Shown here: positions 1 through 9,274 of the stretch, piece by piece
How positions within the stretch are numbered: position 1 is the first letter of the stretch
Layout of the letters: each line of letters starts with the position of its first letter
Source of the DNA: Nostoc sp. DedSLP01
GTDB taxonomy: Bacteria; Cyanobacteriota; Cyanobacteriia; Cyanobacteriales; Nostocaceae
Length of the DNA: 32,828 bases
Assembly: GCA_034530875.2 (NCBI GenBank)
Contig: JAVRCJ020000059.1
Coordinates: forward strand, 1-32,828
Direction of reading: 5' to 3'
The notes under the pieces: generated by a model
What the model was told of the DNA's origin: nothing
The model's database searches: none
The model's input: the letters and a program-made list of their open reading frames with translations, nothing else
Program-made: the position numbers and the translations under genes

Positions 1-76
1 GCCTGAACGATTCACTGTTGACCAAATTCATACATAGCAAGCTTTTTGCACCTTCCTATCCGTCGAACTCACGTTA
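1..76. mobile_element. Probable terminal end of an insertion sequence cut by the window edge
   Basis: CGTCGAACTCACGTTA at 61-76 (reverse complement TAACGTGAGTTCGACG) resembles terminal repeats I recall from cyanobacterial IS elements. A short + frame ends at TAG 35-37. The other end and the transposase are outside the window. Confidence 0.35.
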
Positions 77-113
77 AATTAATTGAGTACGTTGTTAAGC
101 ACAGCAATTATTC

Positions 114-142
114 AGGTTTGGCTTTCAGCCAAACCTTTTTTT
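114..142 (+). terminator. Intrinsic terminator hairpin, convergent with the purQ 3' end
   Basis: Perfect 10-bp stem AGGTTTGGCT/AGCCAAACCT, 3-nt loop, followed by a T run to 142. Confidence 0.7.
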
Positions 143-187
143 CTGAAATAACTAAAAATCGCACGAGGCTGACTAAAAATCTTTAAT

Positions 188-865
188 CTAAACCAACGCC
201 GCCACCTTCTCTAACAATCCTTGAAACAACCGTAAGCCATCGCTATTACCCAACATCGCGTCAGACGCCCTTTCTGGGTGGGGCATCATGCCTAAAACAT
301 TGCCTTGGCGATCGCAAATCCCGGCAATATTGTTCAATGAACCATTGGGATTATCTCCTGCATAGCGGAACAAGACTTGTCCGTTATCTTCAATTGCTGC
401 CAGAGTAGCTGCGTCAGCGTAGAATCGTCCTTCACCGTGGGCAATGGGCAAAGTGATGATTTCTTCATCGTTATAAGCTTGCGTCCAAGGGAGATTGGTA
501 CGCTCAACTTTTATCGAAACGCGATCGCAAATAAAATGCAAATCTCGATTTCTAGTCAACACCCCTGGTAATAGGCCAGCTTCAGTTAATACCTGAAAGC
601 CATTACAAATACCGAGGACAAACTTACCCTTTTGAGCGTGTTCGATAACCTGCTGCATCACAGGGGAAAACCGGGCGATAGCACCACAGCGGAGATAATC
701 GCCGTAACTAAAGCCACCAGGTATAACAATCACATCCAAATCGGCAATGTCCGTATCTTGATGCCAAACCATACGAGTTGGTTGGCCTAACAAATCTCTG
801 GTGACATAAGCGACATCGCGATCGCAATTAGAACCGGGAAAAACAACAACACCGAATTTAGTCAT
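188..865 (-). CDS. purQ: Phosphoribosylformylglycinamidine synthase, glutaminase subunit PurQ
   Basis: Motifs VVFPGSNCD, PGGFSYGDYLR, GICNGFQ, IAHGEG and GMMPHPER. Start set at ATG 865 (MTKFG); the longer ORF to 964 only translates the repeat array. Confidence 0.97.
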   Translation of the reverse strand: MTKFGVVVFPGSNCDRDVAYVTRDLLGQPTRMVWHQDTDIADLDVIVIPGGFSYGDYLRCGAIARFSPVMQQVIEHAQKGKFVLGICNGFQVLTEAGLLPGVLTRNRDLHFICDRVSIKVERTNLPWTQAYNDEEIITLPIAHGEGRFYADAATLAAIEDNGQVLFRYAGDNPNGSLNNIAGICDRQGNVLGMMPHPERASDAMLGNSDGLRLFQGLLEKVAALV

Positions 866-867
866 TT

Positions 868-1035
868 GGAATGGGGAATGGGGAATGGGGAATGGGGAGT
901 AGGGAGTAGGGAATGGGGAATGGGTGATGGGGATGGGGCATTCGCAGTGTGGGGAGAGTGGCAAGCTTTTTGCTAATCTCCCTACACTCCATCATTTTCC
1001 CCGCTCCCTACTCACCACTCCCCACTCCCTATCCC
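868..1035. repeat. Inverted pair of heptamer STRR arrays between purS and purQ
   Basis: (GGGAATG/GGGAGTA)n at ~868-940 faces (CCCACTC-like)n at ~998-1035. Confidence 0.9.
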
Positions 1036-1314
1036 CTAAAACACGCCTGTCTGTGATTCAACTTCAATCAACTCAAAGCGATAATTTTCAATCACCGGAT
1101 TTGCTAGCATTTGGTCACAGATGTTATTAAGGTCTTGACGCGCTCTTTTCTCATCCGGGGAGACGATGAGTAGTTCAATGTACTTACCAATCCTGACTTG
1201 TTCAACGTTAGCGTATCCCATTTGCTGAAGCCCGGATTGTACAGCGACACCAGCAGGGTCTAAGACTGAAGGACGAAGTGTCACATGAATTTTGGCTAGA
1301 TACTTCCTTTGCAC
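1036..1314 (-). CDS. purS: Phosphoribosylformylglycinamidine synthase subunit PurS
   Basis: LRPSVLDPAG, VRIGKYIEL and LANPVIENY motifs; lies directly upstream of purQ; GTG start. Confidence 0.96.
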   Translation of the reverse strand: MQRKYLAKIHVTLRPSVLDPAGVAVQSGLQQMGYANVEQVRIGKYIELLIVSPDEKRARQDLNNICDQMLANPVIENYRFELIEVESQTGVF

Positions 1315-1459
1315 GGCTTTTTGCTGAATGCTGCGATCGCTATACTATAACTTTCTGTTCCAACTGAGTGAAAATAAGATTACGAAGCGGCCAGAGTTAA
1401 TTTATTAATTAGCCAGTCCAACAGCTTCAAACTACAGTGGCATATTTAAAGAATTGTCT

Positions 1460-1843
1460 ATGACAGTCATACGCACCCGCAGTCAAGACCGTATTTTGAA
1501 CCTGCTAAAAACCATCAAAAAAGGCATTTCTGCTCAAGATATTTACGTAGAGCTACGTAATAACAATCAGGGTATGGGTTTAGCAACAGTTTACCGTTCC
1601 TTAGAAGCCTTAAAACTAGAAGGCATGGTACAAGTGCGGACTTTGGCTAACGGTGAAGCCCTCTATAGCCTAGTGCAGCAAGACAAACACCACCTTACTT
1701 GCTTGCAATGTGGCACTTCAATTCAGATTAATCAATGCCCTGTCCATGACCTAGAAGACCAGTTAGAAGACAGCCATAAATTTAAAATTTTTTACCACAC
1801 CCTAGAGTTTTTTGGCCTGTGTAGCCAATGTCAGACTTTGTAA
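1460..1843 (+). CDS. zur: Fur-family zinc uptake regulator (Zur/FurB type)
   Basis: ISAQDIY and GLATVYRSL helix-turn-helix, HHLTCLQCG, C-terminal CSQC. Closely resembles Anabaena FurB/Zur as I recall it. ATG 1460 preferred over TTG 1454. Confidence 0.85.
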   Translation: MTVIRTRSQDRILNLLKTIKKGISAQDIYVELRNNNQGMGLATVYRSLEALKLEGMVQVRTLANGEALYSLVQQDKHHLTCLQCGTSIQINQCPVHDLEDQLEDSHKFKIFYHTLEFFGLCSQCQTL

Positions 1844-1844
1844 A

Positions 1845-1937
1845 GTGGAAAGGGGAAAGGGGAAAGGGAAATGGGCATTGATTTTTCATTATTCTCCTCT
1901 GCCCCTCTGCCCCTCTGCTCCCCTGCCTCCACCTCTC
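1845..1937. repeat. Heptamer STRR tracts between convergent genes
   Basis: (GGGGAAA)n at ~1847-1870 and (CCCTCTG-like)n at ~1894-1937. Confidence 0.75.
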
Positions 1938-1939
1938 CG

Positions 1940-2947
1940 TTACCCAGCCCGATTATTCCCTAGTGATATTTCTCCAGTAAACAAAGGGTTAGAAGTGCCA
2001 TTACTAGCATCGGCAACAATCGAGCGCATCCCCTCTAGGGTGGCAGGAATGGTGCGCGGATCCATAAACATGACCTTGCTACTCTCGCTGCTGCCAATCT
2101 TCGTTCCCATTTCTAGATAATTTTGAGCGAGTAAAAACTGTAAGGCTTGCTGTGCGTTTGCTTCAGATTTGAGAGTATTGGTAATAATTTGCAGAGCCTC
2201 TGCGGTTGCTTGGGCTTTGAGAACTTGTTGCTGACGTTCTGCTTGCGCTTGTAAGACAATGGTTTTTTGTTGGGCTTCTGCTTGCAGAATTGTCGCTTTT
2301 TGCCGAGCTTCCGCATCTAAGATTTGTGCCTCAGCTTTACCTCTGGCGCTATTAATGGCAGCTTCTCGTTCGCCCTCAGAATTGAGAATTGCTGCCCGTC
2401 GTCGGCGTTCTGCCGACATTTGCAACTCCATTGATTCCTGCACTGCTTGAGAAGGAATAATATCGCGCAGTTCTACCCGCGTCACTTTCACACCCCAAGG
2501 ATCGGTAGCAACGTCCAAATCCCTTAACAAGAGTTCGTTAATTTGGCTGCGGGCAGTAAAAGTTTGATCTAACTCCAGTTGTCCCATTTCCGAGCGAATT
2601 TGAGTTAGCACCAAATTCACCATTGCTGACTGGAGATTTTCAACCTTATACCAGGCTTTTTCCATATCCACGATGCGCCAATAAACTACCGCATCTACTT
2701 CAATGCTCACGTTGTCACGGGTGATGCATTTTTGAGGAGGAATATCTAAAACTTTTTCGCGGATAGTTTCTTTGTAAACAACTTTATCTAGAAAAGGCAT
2801 GACAAAATTCAAACCTGGTTCTAGCTTTTTGTTATAACTACCTAATCTTTCGACTAAAGCTTCATTACCTTGATTGACTACTTTCACAGATCCCGCCACA
2901 GCAGAACCACCAAGGGCTAAAAAGACTAGTAAAAATAACTGTTCCAT
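1940..2947 (-). CDS. SPFH/band-7 (stomatin/paraslipin, QmcA-like) membrane protein
   Basis: N-terminal hydrophobic anchor, [25 protein letters not shown], then an AEA/AEAQ-rich coiled coil. Confidence 0.93.
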   Translation of the reverse strand: MEQLFLLVFLALGGSAVAGSVKVVNQGNEALVERLGSYNKKLEPGLNFVMPFLDKVVYKETIREKVLDIPPQKCITRDNVSIEVDAVVYWRIVDMEKAWYKVENLQSAMVNLVLTQIRSEMGQLELDQTFTARSQINELLLRDLDVATDPWGVKVTRVELRDIIPSQAVQESMELQMSAERRRRAAILNSEGEREAAINSARGKAEAQILDAEARQKATILQAEAQQKTIVLQAQAERQQQVLKAQATAEALQIITNTLKSEANAQQALQFLLAQNYLEMGTKIGSSESSKVMFMDPRTIPATLEGMRSIVADASNGTSNPLFTGEISLGNNRAG

Positions 2948-3001
2948 TGTAAATCTCCTGATTTTTTAATTAAATATCTATCACTTGAAAGGGGAAATAT
3001 C

Positions 3002-3200
3002 GGGGAGTGGGGAGCAGGGGAGATGGGGGTGTGGGAGGTGTGGGAGGTGTGGGAGGAGAGGGAGGTGTGGGAGGTGTGGGAGGTGTGGGAGGTGTGGGAG
3101 GAGAGCGAGGTGTGGGAGGTGTGGGAGGTGTGGGAAGCATAAATTCTCTTTCTTCCCACACTCCCCACACTCCCCCATCTCCCCACTCCCCATTCCCCAC
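3002..3200. repeat. 9-bp tandem array (GGGAGGTGT)n with a shorter inverted arm
   Basis: Eleven 9-mer units at 3033-3131; complementary C-rich arm at ~3152-3200. Confidence 0.95.
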
Positions 3201-3206
3201 TTTCCA

Positions 3207-3641
3207 TTACGAATGCAACAAATTTTCCGGTATCACAATCAACGTAGTGCCTTCTCTCCTAACCACATAAACTCTTTGATGGGGCGCTATGCTGAATTTG
3301 TCATCGTCACATCGTGCTTGCCAAGAATTTCCCTCGTACAGAACTCGCCCTGTTTTCCCAGGTGGAATTTCTGTCAGGGTTTCAGCTATGACTGCATCTT
3401 GAATTTTTGACTTGCGTCTTCGCGGTTGCAAAAAGCGACGGGAAAGCACAATTAATATTGTGGAAAGCAACAGCCAAACCACAATTTGCAACCACAAACT
3501 TGTTAAACCGACTCCAGACAGTAGCGCCACGAGAAAAGCGCTAATTCCCATCAAGAAGCCGATGAATGCTGATGGTAAGAACAATTCTGTTAAACATAGA
3601 ACTGCTCCTGCAAGAAGCCAAATTAAAGTAAAACTTGGCAT
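3207..3641 (-). CDS. NfeD-family (short, YbbJ-like) membrane protein
   Basis: Hydrophobic N-terminal helices, then OB-fold motif GRVLYEGNSWQA...VVRREGTTLIV. Canonical partner upstream of an SPFH gene. Confidence 0.92.
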   Translation of the reverse strand: MPSFTLIWLLAGAVLCLTELFLPSAFIGFLMGISAFLVALLSGVGLTSLWLQIVVWLLLSTILIVLSRRFLQPRRRKSKIQDAVIAETLTEIPPGKTGRVLYEGNSWQARCDDDKFSIAPHQRVYVVRREGTTLIVIPENLLHS

Positions 3642-3875
3642 AGCGCTATCCTAAGCCTCTACATTGACGTAAATGCATTTATACGATTAGATACACCCAG
3701 ACGTAGGCTATTAACGGAAAGCAAAATTTGGTTTTTTTACCAATAATTTTGATTAATTTCAGTAATATGGTGTAGCCAGGGGTACACAAGTCCAGTCTAT
3801 TCTAGCTTCCAAGTTGTTGACAGCTAAATTTAATCGAAATTCATGAGTTGATTCGCTATTTAAATTTATACCCTT

Positions 3876-5864
3876 ATGATTTTTACCCAAGCGATAATTT
3901 ATTGTATAAATCCAACCTGTAGCAACCCCACTAATCCTAGAGAAAATACTATTTGTGCTAGTTGTCAAACTCCCCTAGTTCGCCGCTATCTCTGGCCTGT
4001 TGGCTCGTTATCTGCCAAAATCCCGCCTGGGAAAAAGGTAGCAAATAGATATAACGTGATTCAACAACGAGTTTGGCTAGATACTCAACCAGGACTGTTA
4101 CCAGATGTGCCTGATAAATTGCCAAAAACGGTAATTCCTTACTTACGGTTATATCAAGAACGTTTACACTTACCCCAGGTTTATGGGTTTGCTCGCGATG
4201 TTGAGGGAGGTGCAGATGATATCCTCTTATTGGAAAATGTGCCGATAGATGAAACGGGACATATTTACCCGACTATTGGTGAGGCATGGGAACAAGCAAC
4301 GGCGGTACGGCAAGTTTATTGGCTGTGGCAAATTCTCCAACTTTGGACTCCCTTATCAGAATTGGGACTCGCTAGCAGCTTATTGCTGCGAGATAATTTG
4401 AGAGTCCAAGGTTGGTGCGTGCGACTGTTGGAAATTGTAGAGACAATTCATGAAACCTCTCTACAAAATTTAGGAAAGTGTTGGCAGCCTTGGGTGGCGT
4501 CTGCAAAAACACCTGTAGCCAAACAGTTGCAGAATATAGTCCAGCAGATGTGCGAAACTCAGGTCAAGTTCGATGCGATCGCTACTCAACTCAATCATTT
4601 ATTATTAGCATCTGCGGCAGAGTTGCCTTTGAGTGTCAAGGTAGCAGGTTCGACTGATACTGGTCTAGTAATGTTGCAGAATGAAGATAGTTGCTATCCT
4701 AATGATTTTACTGACTTGAGCGATCGCTTAGTGCGTCACTTATCTATTGTTTGCGATGGTATTGGCGGACATGAAGGTGGTGAAGTTGCTAGTCGGTTAG
4801 CTATGGAGTCTGCAAAGTTGCAAATTCGCGCTTTGTTGCTAGAGGTAGCAGCACAAAGTCAAGTTGTATCACCACGGTTGTTGCAGGAACAACTAGAAGT
4901 TAGTTTACGTGTGGTGAATAATGTCATTTCTGCCCGCAATAACGAACAAAAACGCGAAGGCAGAGAACGTATGGCGACAACCATTGTCATGGCTTTGCAA
5001 ATTCCCCAAGCAATTGAGACTGTTTCTGGCTTGCAGTCAGACAATAGTCACGAACTATACTTAACTACTGTTGGCGATAGCCGTGCTTATTGGATTACTC
5101 CTGACTATTGTCAGCTACTCACGATAGATGATGATGTGGCGGCGCGGGAAGTACGTTTTGGTAGAAGCTTGTATCGCCAGGCACTCTTAAGACCAGATGC
5201 AACTGCCCTAACTCAAGCTTTGGGAACGAGAGATTCAGAATTTTTGCGGGTGAGGGTGCAGCGTTTTATCGTAGAAGAAGATGGTATATTGCTGCTGTGT
5301 TCTGATGGTTTAAGCGATCGCAATTTAGTAGAACAATCTTGGCAAGATTATGCAAAACCTCTGTTTGCGGGGGAACTGACAGTTGAAGATGCTGTTCGCA
5401 ACTGGGTTAATCTGGCAAACGAAAAAAATGGACGCGATAATATCTCAGTTGTTGTTAGTTATTATCGTGTTTCGCCAGAATATATAGCACCTGTTACTCC
5501 GACACTACCAGAAGAAATTATAGAACCAGAAATAGAAGAACCAGAAGAACCAGAAGAAGTACCAGAACCAGAAGAATTAGTAGAACCTGAAGAAGAACCA
5601 ATTTCTATTACAGAAAGTTCGCAAGCGCTACTAGATTTGGATATTCCAGAAAAACCAGTTACAGCCGCAGAAATTCCACCGACTTTAATTGAAAAACCTC
5701 GTTTGGGTAAGCGTTTGCTAATGTTGGGGGGAATGTTGACGTTGCTTGCAGGGGGTACAAGTCTGGGATTATTTGCTTGGTGGCAAATTAATCCTCAAGG
5801 GTTTGAACGAGTGTGTCGGCAACTTCCTTCGAGGGTACAGCAAGTGTGTTCGGGTAAGAAATAG
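3876..5864 (+). CDS. Membrane-anchored PP2C/PPM Ser/Thr phosphatase with N-terminal Cys4 zinc ribbon
   Basis: CINPTC...CASC; PPM motifs NED, CDGIGGHEGG, VGDSRAY, LCSDGL and GRDNIS; Glu/Pro-rich linker; C-terminal TM helix. Confidence 0.92.
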   Translation: MIFTQAIIYCINPTCSNPTNPRENTICASCQTPLVRRYLWPVGSLSAKIPPGKKVANRYNVIQQRVWLDTQPGLLPDVPDKLPKTVIPYLRLYQERLHLPQVYGFARDVEGGADDILLLENVPIDETGHIYPTIGEAWEQATAVRQVYWLWQILQLWTPLSELGLASSLLLRDNLRVQGWCVRLLEIVETIHETSLQNLGKCWQPWVASAKTPVAKQLQNIVQQMCETQVKFDAIATQLNHLLLASAAELPLSVKVAGSTDTGLVMLQNEDSCYPNDFTDLSDRLVRHLSIVCDGIGGHEGGEVASRLAMESAKLQIRALLLEVAAQSQVVSPRLLQEQLEVSLRVVNNVISARNNEQKREGRERMATTIVMALQIPQAIETVSGLQSDNSHELYLTTVGDSRAYWITPDYCQLLTIDDDVAAREVRFGRSLYRQALLRPDATALTQALGTRDSEFLRVRVQRFIVEEDGILLLCSDGLSDRNLVEQSWQDYAKPLFAGELTVEDAVRNWVNLANEKNGRDNISVVVSYYRVSPEYIAPVTPTLPEEIIEPEIEEPEEPEEVPEPEELVEPEEEPISITESSQALLDLDIPEKPVTAAEIPPTLIEKPRLGKRLLMLGGMLTLLAGGTSLGLFAWWQINPQGFERVCRQLPSRVQQVCSGKK

Positions 5865-6094
5865 GGCATTGGGCATGGGGTGTTGGCTGAGAGTAATTGG
5901 TTTTTCTCAACTCAATAGCGGCTTGGCTTAACTCGAAAGCGGTGTAGTAAAAGTTTAATTGGTGAGGTGAATAGTGTGAAGCGATCGCATCAAAAATAAC
6001 TATGTTTTTAAACGCAAAGGAAGGCAAAGGTTGGCCAAAGGAACGCTGAGTTTTTATGGAGGGCAATTTTTGTGACGATTTTGGTTTTCTACAG

Positions 6095-6331
6095 ATCGTT
6101 TGAATAAGGTACATGGGTAGGGGCGTACAGCTGTAAAGCCTCTACGAAGATCTATTCTTTTGTGTACCTCACCTATGCGGGAACTTCTATATTTGCGAAA
6201 TATAGGACTCATATTTGATTTGGTGAAAAAAAATCACTACACCCAAACAAGGCTTCTTTGCCACTCCCTACTCCCGATTCCCAACTCCCTGTCTACGCAA
6301 ATAATTTCATGAATCAAGTCAGATTTTTATA
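6095..6331. repeat. Cluster of REP-like and MITE-like dispersed repeats
   Basis: Imperfect palindrome GTAGGGGCGTACAGCTGTAAAGCCTCTAC (6117-6145) flanked by AGGTACA/TGTACCT. A second element at 6201-6331 has imperfect inverted ends (TATAGGACTCATATTTGATTT...GAATCAAGTCAGATTTTTATA) around a heptamer tract. Confidence 0.6.
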
Positions 6332-6389
6332 GCATCAGAATAGATTATTACTCCTAATTGAGACTTTTGATAGAGGAAGGAACCAGGCA

Positions 6390-6437
6390 CATCTATATTT
6401 TAGATAGATGAACTCAGCTCCCTACTGTTATTAAGAT
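6390..6437 (+). promoter_or_regulatory. Palindromic operator plus candidate -10 upstream of the 64-aa gene
   Basis: CATCTAT-N7-ATAGATG at 6390-6410; TAAGAT at 6432-6437. Confidence 0.45.
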
Positions 6438-6469
6438 AAGCACAAGAGTAAATAATTAGGAATCTAATA

Positions 6470-6664
6470 ATGACTGAACAACAAAAATCTAGTAATCAAG
6501 ATACTACACCTGCTTCTTCTGGTGGCTACCAAACTACAATCGACGAAGAAACCCGCAAAACTGGGAATGCTGAAAAAAGCGATGCTAAAACCACTGCTAC
6601 ACCAGAATCACCAGAAAATGATACCGTACAAGGTAGCCCCAATCAAGGAACTGAGTCACGGTAA
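6470..6664 (+). CDS. Small hydrophilic, probably disordered protein (64 aa)
   Basis: AGGA RBS upstream, ATG start, T/S/E/Q/G-rich composition, downstream hairpin terminator. Confidence 0.75.
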   Translation: MTEQQKSSNQDTTPASSGGYQTTIDEETRKTGNAEKSDAKTTATPESPENDTVQGSPNQGTESR

Positions 6665-6739
6665 ATAATTAAAACTTGGAATAAGTTTAATTATTTGGTG
6701 GTACTTAATTAATGAATGAGTTGATTCTAGTAAGTTGAA

Positions 6740-6785
6740 GAGTGGAAATGTGGTATAAAGACCATAATTATCCACTCATTTTTTA
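6740..6785 (+). terminator. Probable terminator of the 64-aa gene
   Basis: GAGTGGA...TCCACTC outer stem with an inner TGGT/ACCA pairing, followed by a T run. Confidence 0.5.
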
Positions 6786-6884
6786 TGTTTTCAACCTTTA
6801 AAATCGGATGAATGATGCGCCAGCGATTGAATTTGTCTTGATAAATACAGCGTATTTCAGATAAATGAAATCAACTTAAGCTGT

Positions 6885-7082
6885 GGTGAATAGAATTCGC
6901 GCGCCACTTGCTACCCTGCGGGAACGGCTTCGCCGAACAGCAAACAAGTCGGGAAACCGCAAGGGCGCAGTGGCTTAGCTACACAGGCTTTCGTCCGGAT
7001 GGTGCGCGGACTAACGCAAAATTAGGGTTTTGAAACCCAGGATCGGTAGCTTTTGTTTGTGTAGACGCGGTTTATAACCGCC
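6885..7082. repeat. Nested MITE/small-dispersed-repeat composite
   Basis: GC-rich patch with nested inverted repeats: GCCACT(6903)/AGTGGC(6974), CTACACA/TGTGTAG, GTCCG/CGGAC and GGGTTT/AAACCC. Confidence 0.6.
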
Positions 7083-7136
7083 GCTTTCGCTAATGAAAAA
7101 ATCATCAGAAATGCGTGATTTTTATATAAAACCAAG

Positions 7137-8795
7137 TTATAAACTAGTTGACAATTGATTATTCCGCAAACGTGAATTAGCAGGTTTGGCGAATTTCCAA
7201 ACGCAATAATAATTATCGCTGTAAACCATCTGTGTCTGAACGTTATACTTTTTTTCTATTACTTCGCGCCAATTATCTGGAGGATTGAATAAAAACACAT
7301 CGCTAAATTTATTAGAAATTTTAGGGATATTTTGATTCTTTACTAACAAAATTCTTACTTTCGGTTCCAAAAGATAACTTAGAGAAAAGATATGTCCATA
7401 ATTGTTGTCTAAAGAATTACTAACTAAAAGTGGACTAGGACTCTGGTTGATAATTATGGCAACTTGTGGGTTACCATAATTCATGCCTTTATTCCACCAA
7501 GTTTGTGCTTGGGAAATAGCTTTACAAGAAATTAGCCCACAAATAATTACCAATACTAAGATTATGTGCCAAATTGTCCGAGACAACATACTCCCCTTAT
7601 ATAGTTTCCTAGCCAATAAATAAGCAACAGCTACTTGAATGCCTAAATAAGATGGAATGAAATATGGTTCGCTCAATGCTCGTATACCTCCAGCGCTGAA
7701 AGCTGGTAGTATTACAGGCAGTGCCGGAACTATAATTAATGTAATAATAAATAACCAAGTTTTGTAATTATTGGTAAAACAAAGAGAATAAATTGCGTAT
7801 CCTACCAATACTAAAAAAAGTAATGTAATTAAATAGGTGAGAATATTTTCTAAGCTCAAGTTTATATCAAAAAAAATTCTGCTTAGCTGCATCATCAAAA
7901 AAGGAAATATTGGCATCAAAGATGACTGCGTTGTTGCTTTTTCTCCAGAAATTATAAATGTGAAAAACTCGCCGATCGCAACTGTCATCCAAGGCATAAA
8001 AGCGATAAAACTCACTAGCGTTGCTACCAGATAATTTCTCACAGTTTCAGTAAACTTAAATCTGGCTGTAGCAATCACATAAATTCCGTGAGCAAGCGCA
8101 ACAAAGCCAGTCCACAGGAATGTATAAAGACTAATTGCCAAAGTTATTGCATAAAGACTCCAGGCAGTAAAAAAATCTGGCTGTCGTCGTTGTTTTTTTA
8201 GTTCATCTTTATCTTGTAACTCCAAATGCATTGCTCGTAGTAGGGAAATACTACATAGTAAGATAGTGACAAGCCAGAGAATATATTCTTGTGCTTCCTT
8301 GGCATAGACTAGATGAATTGGAGAGATAATCGTAATTGCGATCGCCACATCAGCAATCGGTAAGGGCGAGTTATTGAATAACTCTCGGCATAGCCGATAA
8401 AGGCAGGGAAAAACCAGCAAGCTAATGAAGGCGGATAAACTTCTAATTGCCGTTACCGAATTACCAAACATTTCCATCCACAGTCTGGCAATGATGAAAT
8501 ACAAAGGCGGATGCTGAGAATCTTCTCTTGCCAAAGACATAATTGTGTCATTTAAGCTTTTTGAAGAATTCGCACCTTGAAATTTCGCAAAGCTTTCTTT
8601 GGCAATGACACGATTGTTAAAAAGATTCTCTTTAACTTCAGTGATGGTAAAGCCAGAAATTCTCAATGAGGTATACGTTTCATCATGCGAGTAAACCTTG
8701 GTATCAAGGTTGAAAAAGCGAAACAATATACCCATCACCAACAAAAACATAATTAAAAACCGCAACCAACTCGGAGCATATTTGAGATGGCGCAT
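7137..8795 (-). CDS. GT-C fold polytopic glycosyltransferase (PMT/ArnT-like, family 39/83)
   Basis: FRFFNLD, HDE acidic loop, HPPLYF, RSLSA and SPIHLVYA motifs; about 10-12 hydrophobic helices. Confidence 0.88.
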   Translation of the reverse strand: MRHLKYAPSWLRFLIMFLLVMGILFRFFNLDTKVYSHDETYTSLRISGFTITEVKENLFNNRVIAKESFAKFQGANSSKSLNDTIMSLAREDSQHPPLYFIIARLWMEMFGNSVTAIRSLSAFISLLVFPCLYRLCRELFNNSPLPIADVAIAITIISPIHLVYAKEAQEYILWLVTILLCSISLLRAMHLELQDKDELKKQRRQPDFFTAWSLYAITLAISLYTFLWTGFVALAHGIYVIATARFKFTETVRNYLVATLVSFIAFMPWMTVAIGEFFTFIISGEKATTQSSLMPIFPFLMMQLSRIFFDINLSLENILTYLITLLFLVLVGYAIYSLCFTNNYKTWLFIITLIIVPALPVILPAFSAGGIRALSEPYFIPSYLGIQVAVAYLLARKLYKGSMLSRTIWHIILVLVIICGLISCKAISQAQTWWNKGMNYGNPQVAIIINQSPSPLLVSNSLDNNYGHIFSLSYLLEPKVRILLVKNQNIPKISNKFSDVFLFNPPDNWREVIEKKYNVQTQMVYSDNYYCVWKFAKPANSRLRNNQLSTSL

Positions 8796-9274
8796 AAGTT
8801 GAGTTTCCTAAAAAGTTTTCTAAAATAATCCAGCCACACCCACTGTGTAAAGTGCAAAGTCCCGAAAATGTCGATCGACAGCGCCAAATAAGGCTTTTGG
8901 GGTGAGGGGTTATACCCCGCAGTTAATTATGCCACAGCATGATGAATTTCCAAACAGTTGTTGTGACAGGTGTAAGACTTGAGCTAACTTGAGGATCGTT
9001 TGACTTGACAGATTGGCGATGAACACCTCAGTTCTATTAACTCTAAAAATAATTGAGTAAGTTTGTATCAAATCCGGCAAAACGGCTTCAAACTGCAAGT
9101 TTTGTCAGCAGCCATAGACAATATCTTTGACTTTGCCTGTGCTTTCAAATCTACGTAAATATCTTGGCAAATTCCTCTCTAGTCTGCCGAGATTGAGTAG
9201 GAGATGAACTCAAAGGCATATTCCTTCACAGAATTTTAGTAGCAAGCAAAAGTATATTTTGCAACATATAAATT

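Noticed and set aside
866..964. N-terminal extension of PurQ in the ORF track
   Set aside because: It is encoded by the STRR tract; PurQ similarity starts at ATG 865.
2926..3410. Several Pro/His/Gly/Cys-rich ORFs
   Set aside because: They are translations of the 9-mer array, which has no stop codons in several frames.
8910..9098. 62-aa ORF (similarly 5788-6114, 21508-21702, 23301-23588)
   Set aside because: No recognisable motifs, weak starts or RBS, and several overlap repeats or promoter regions.
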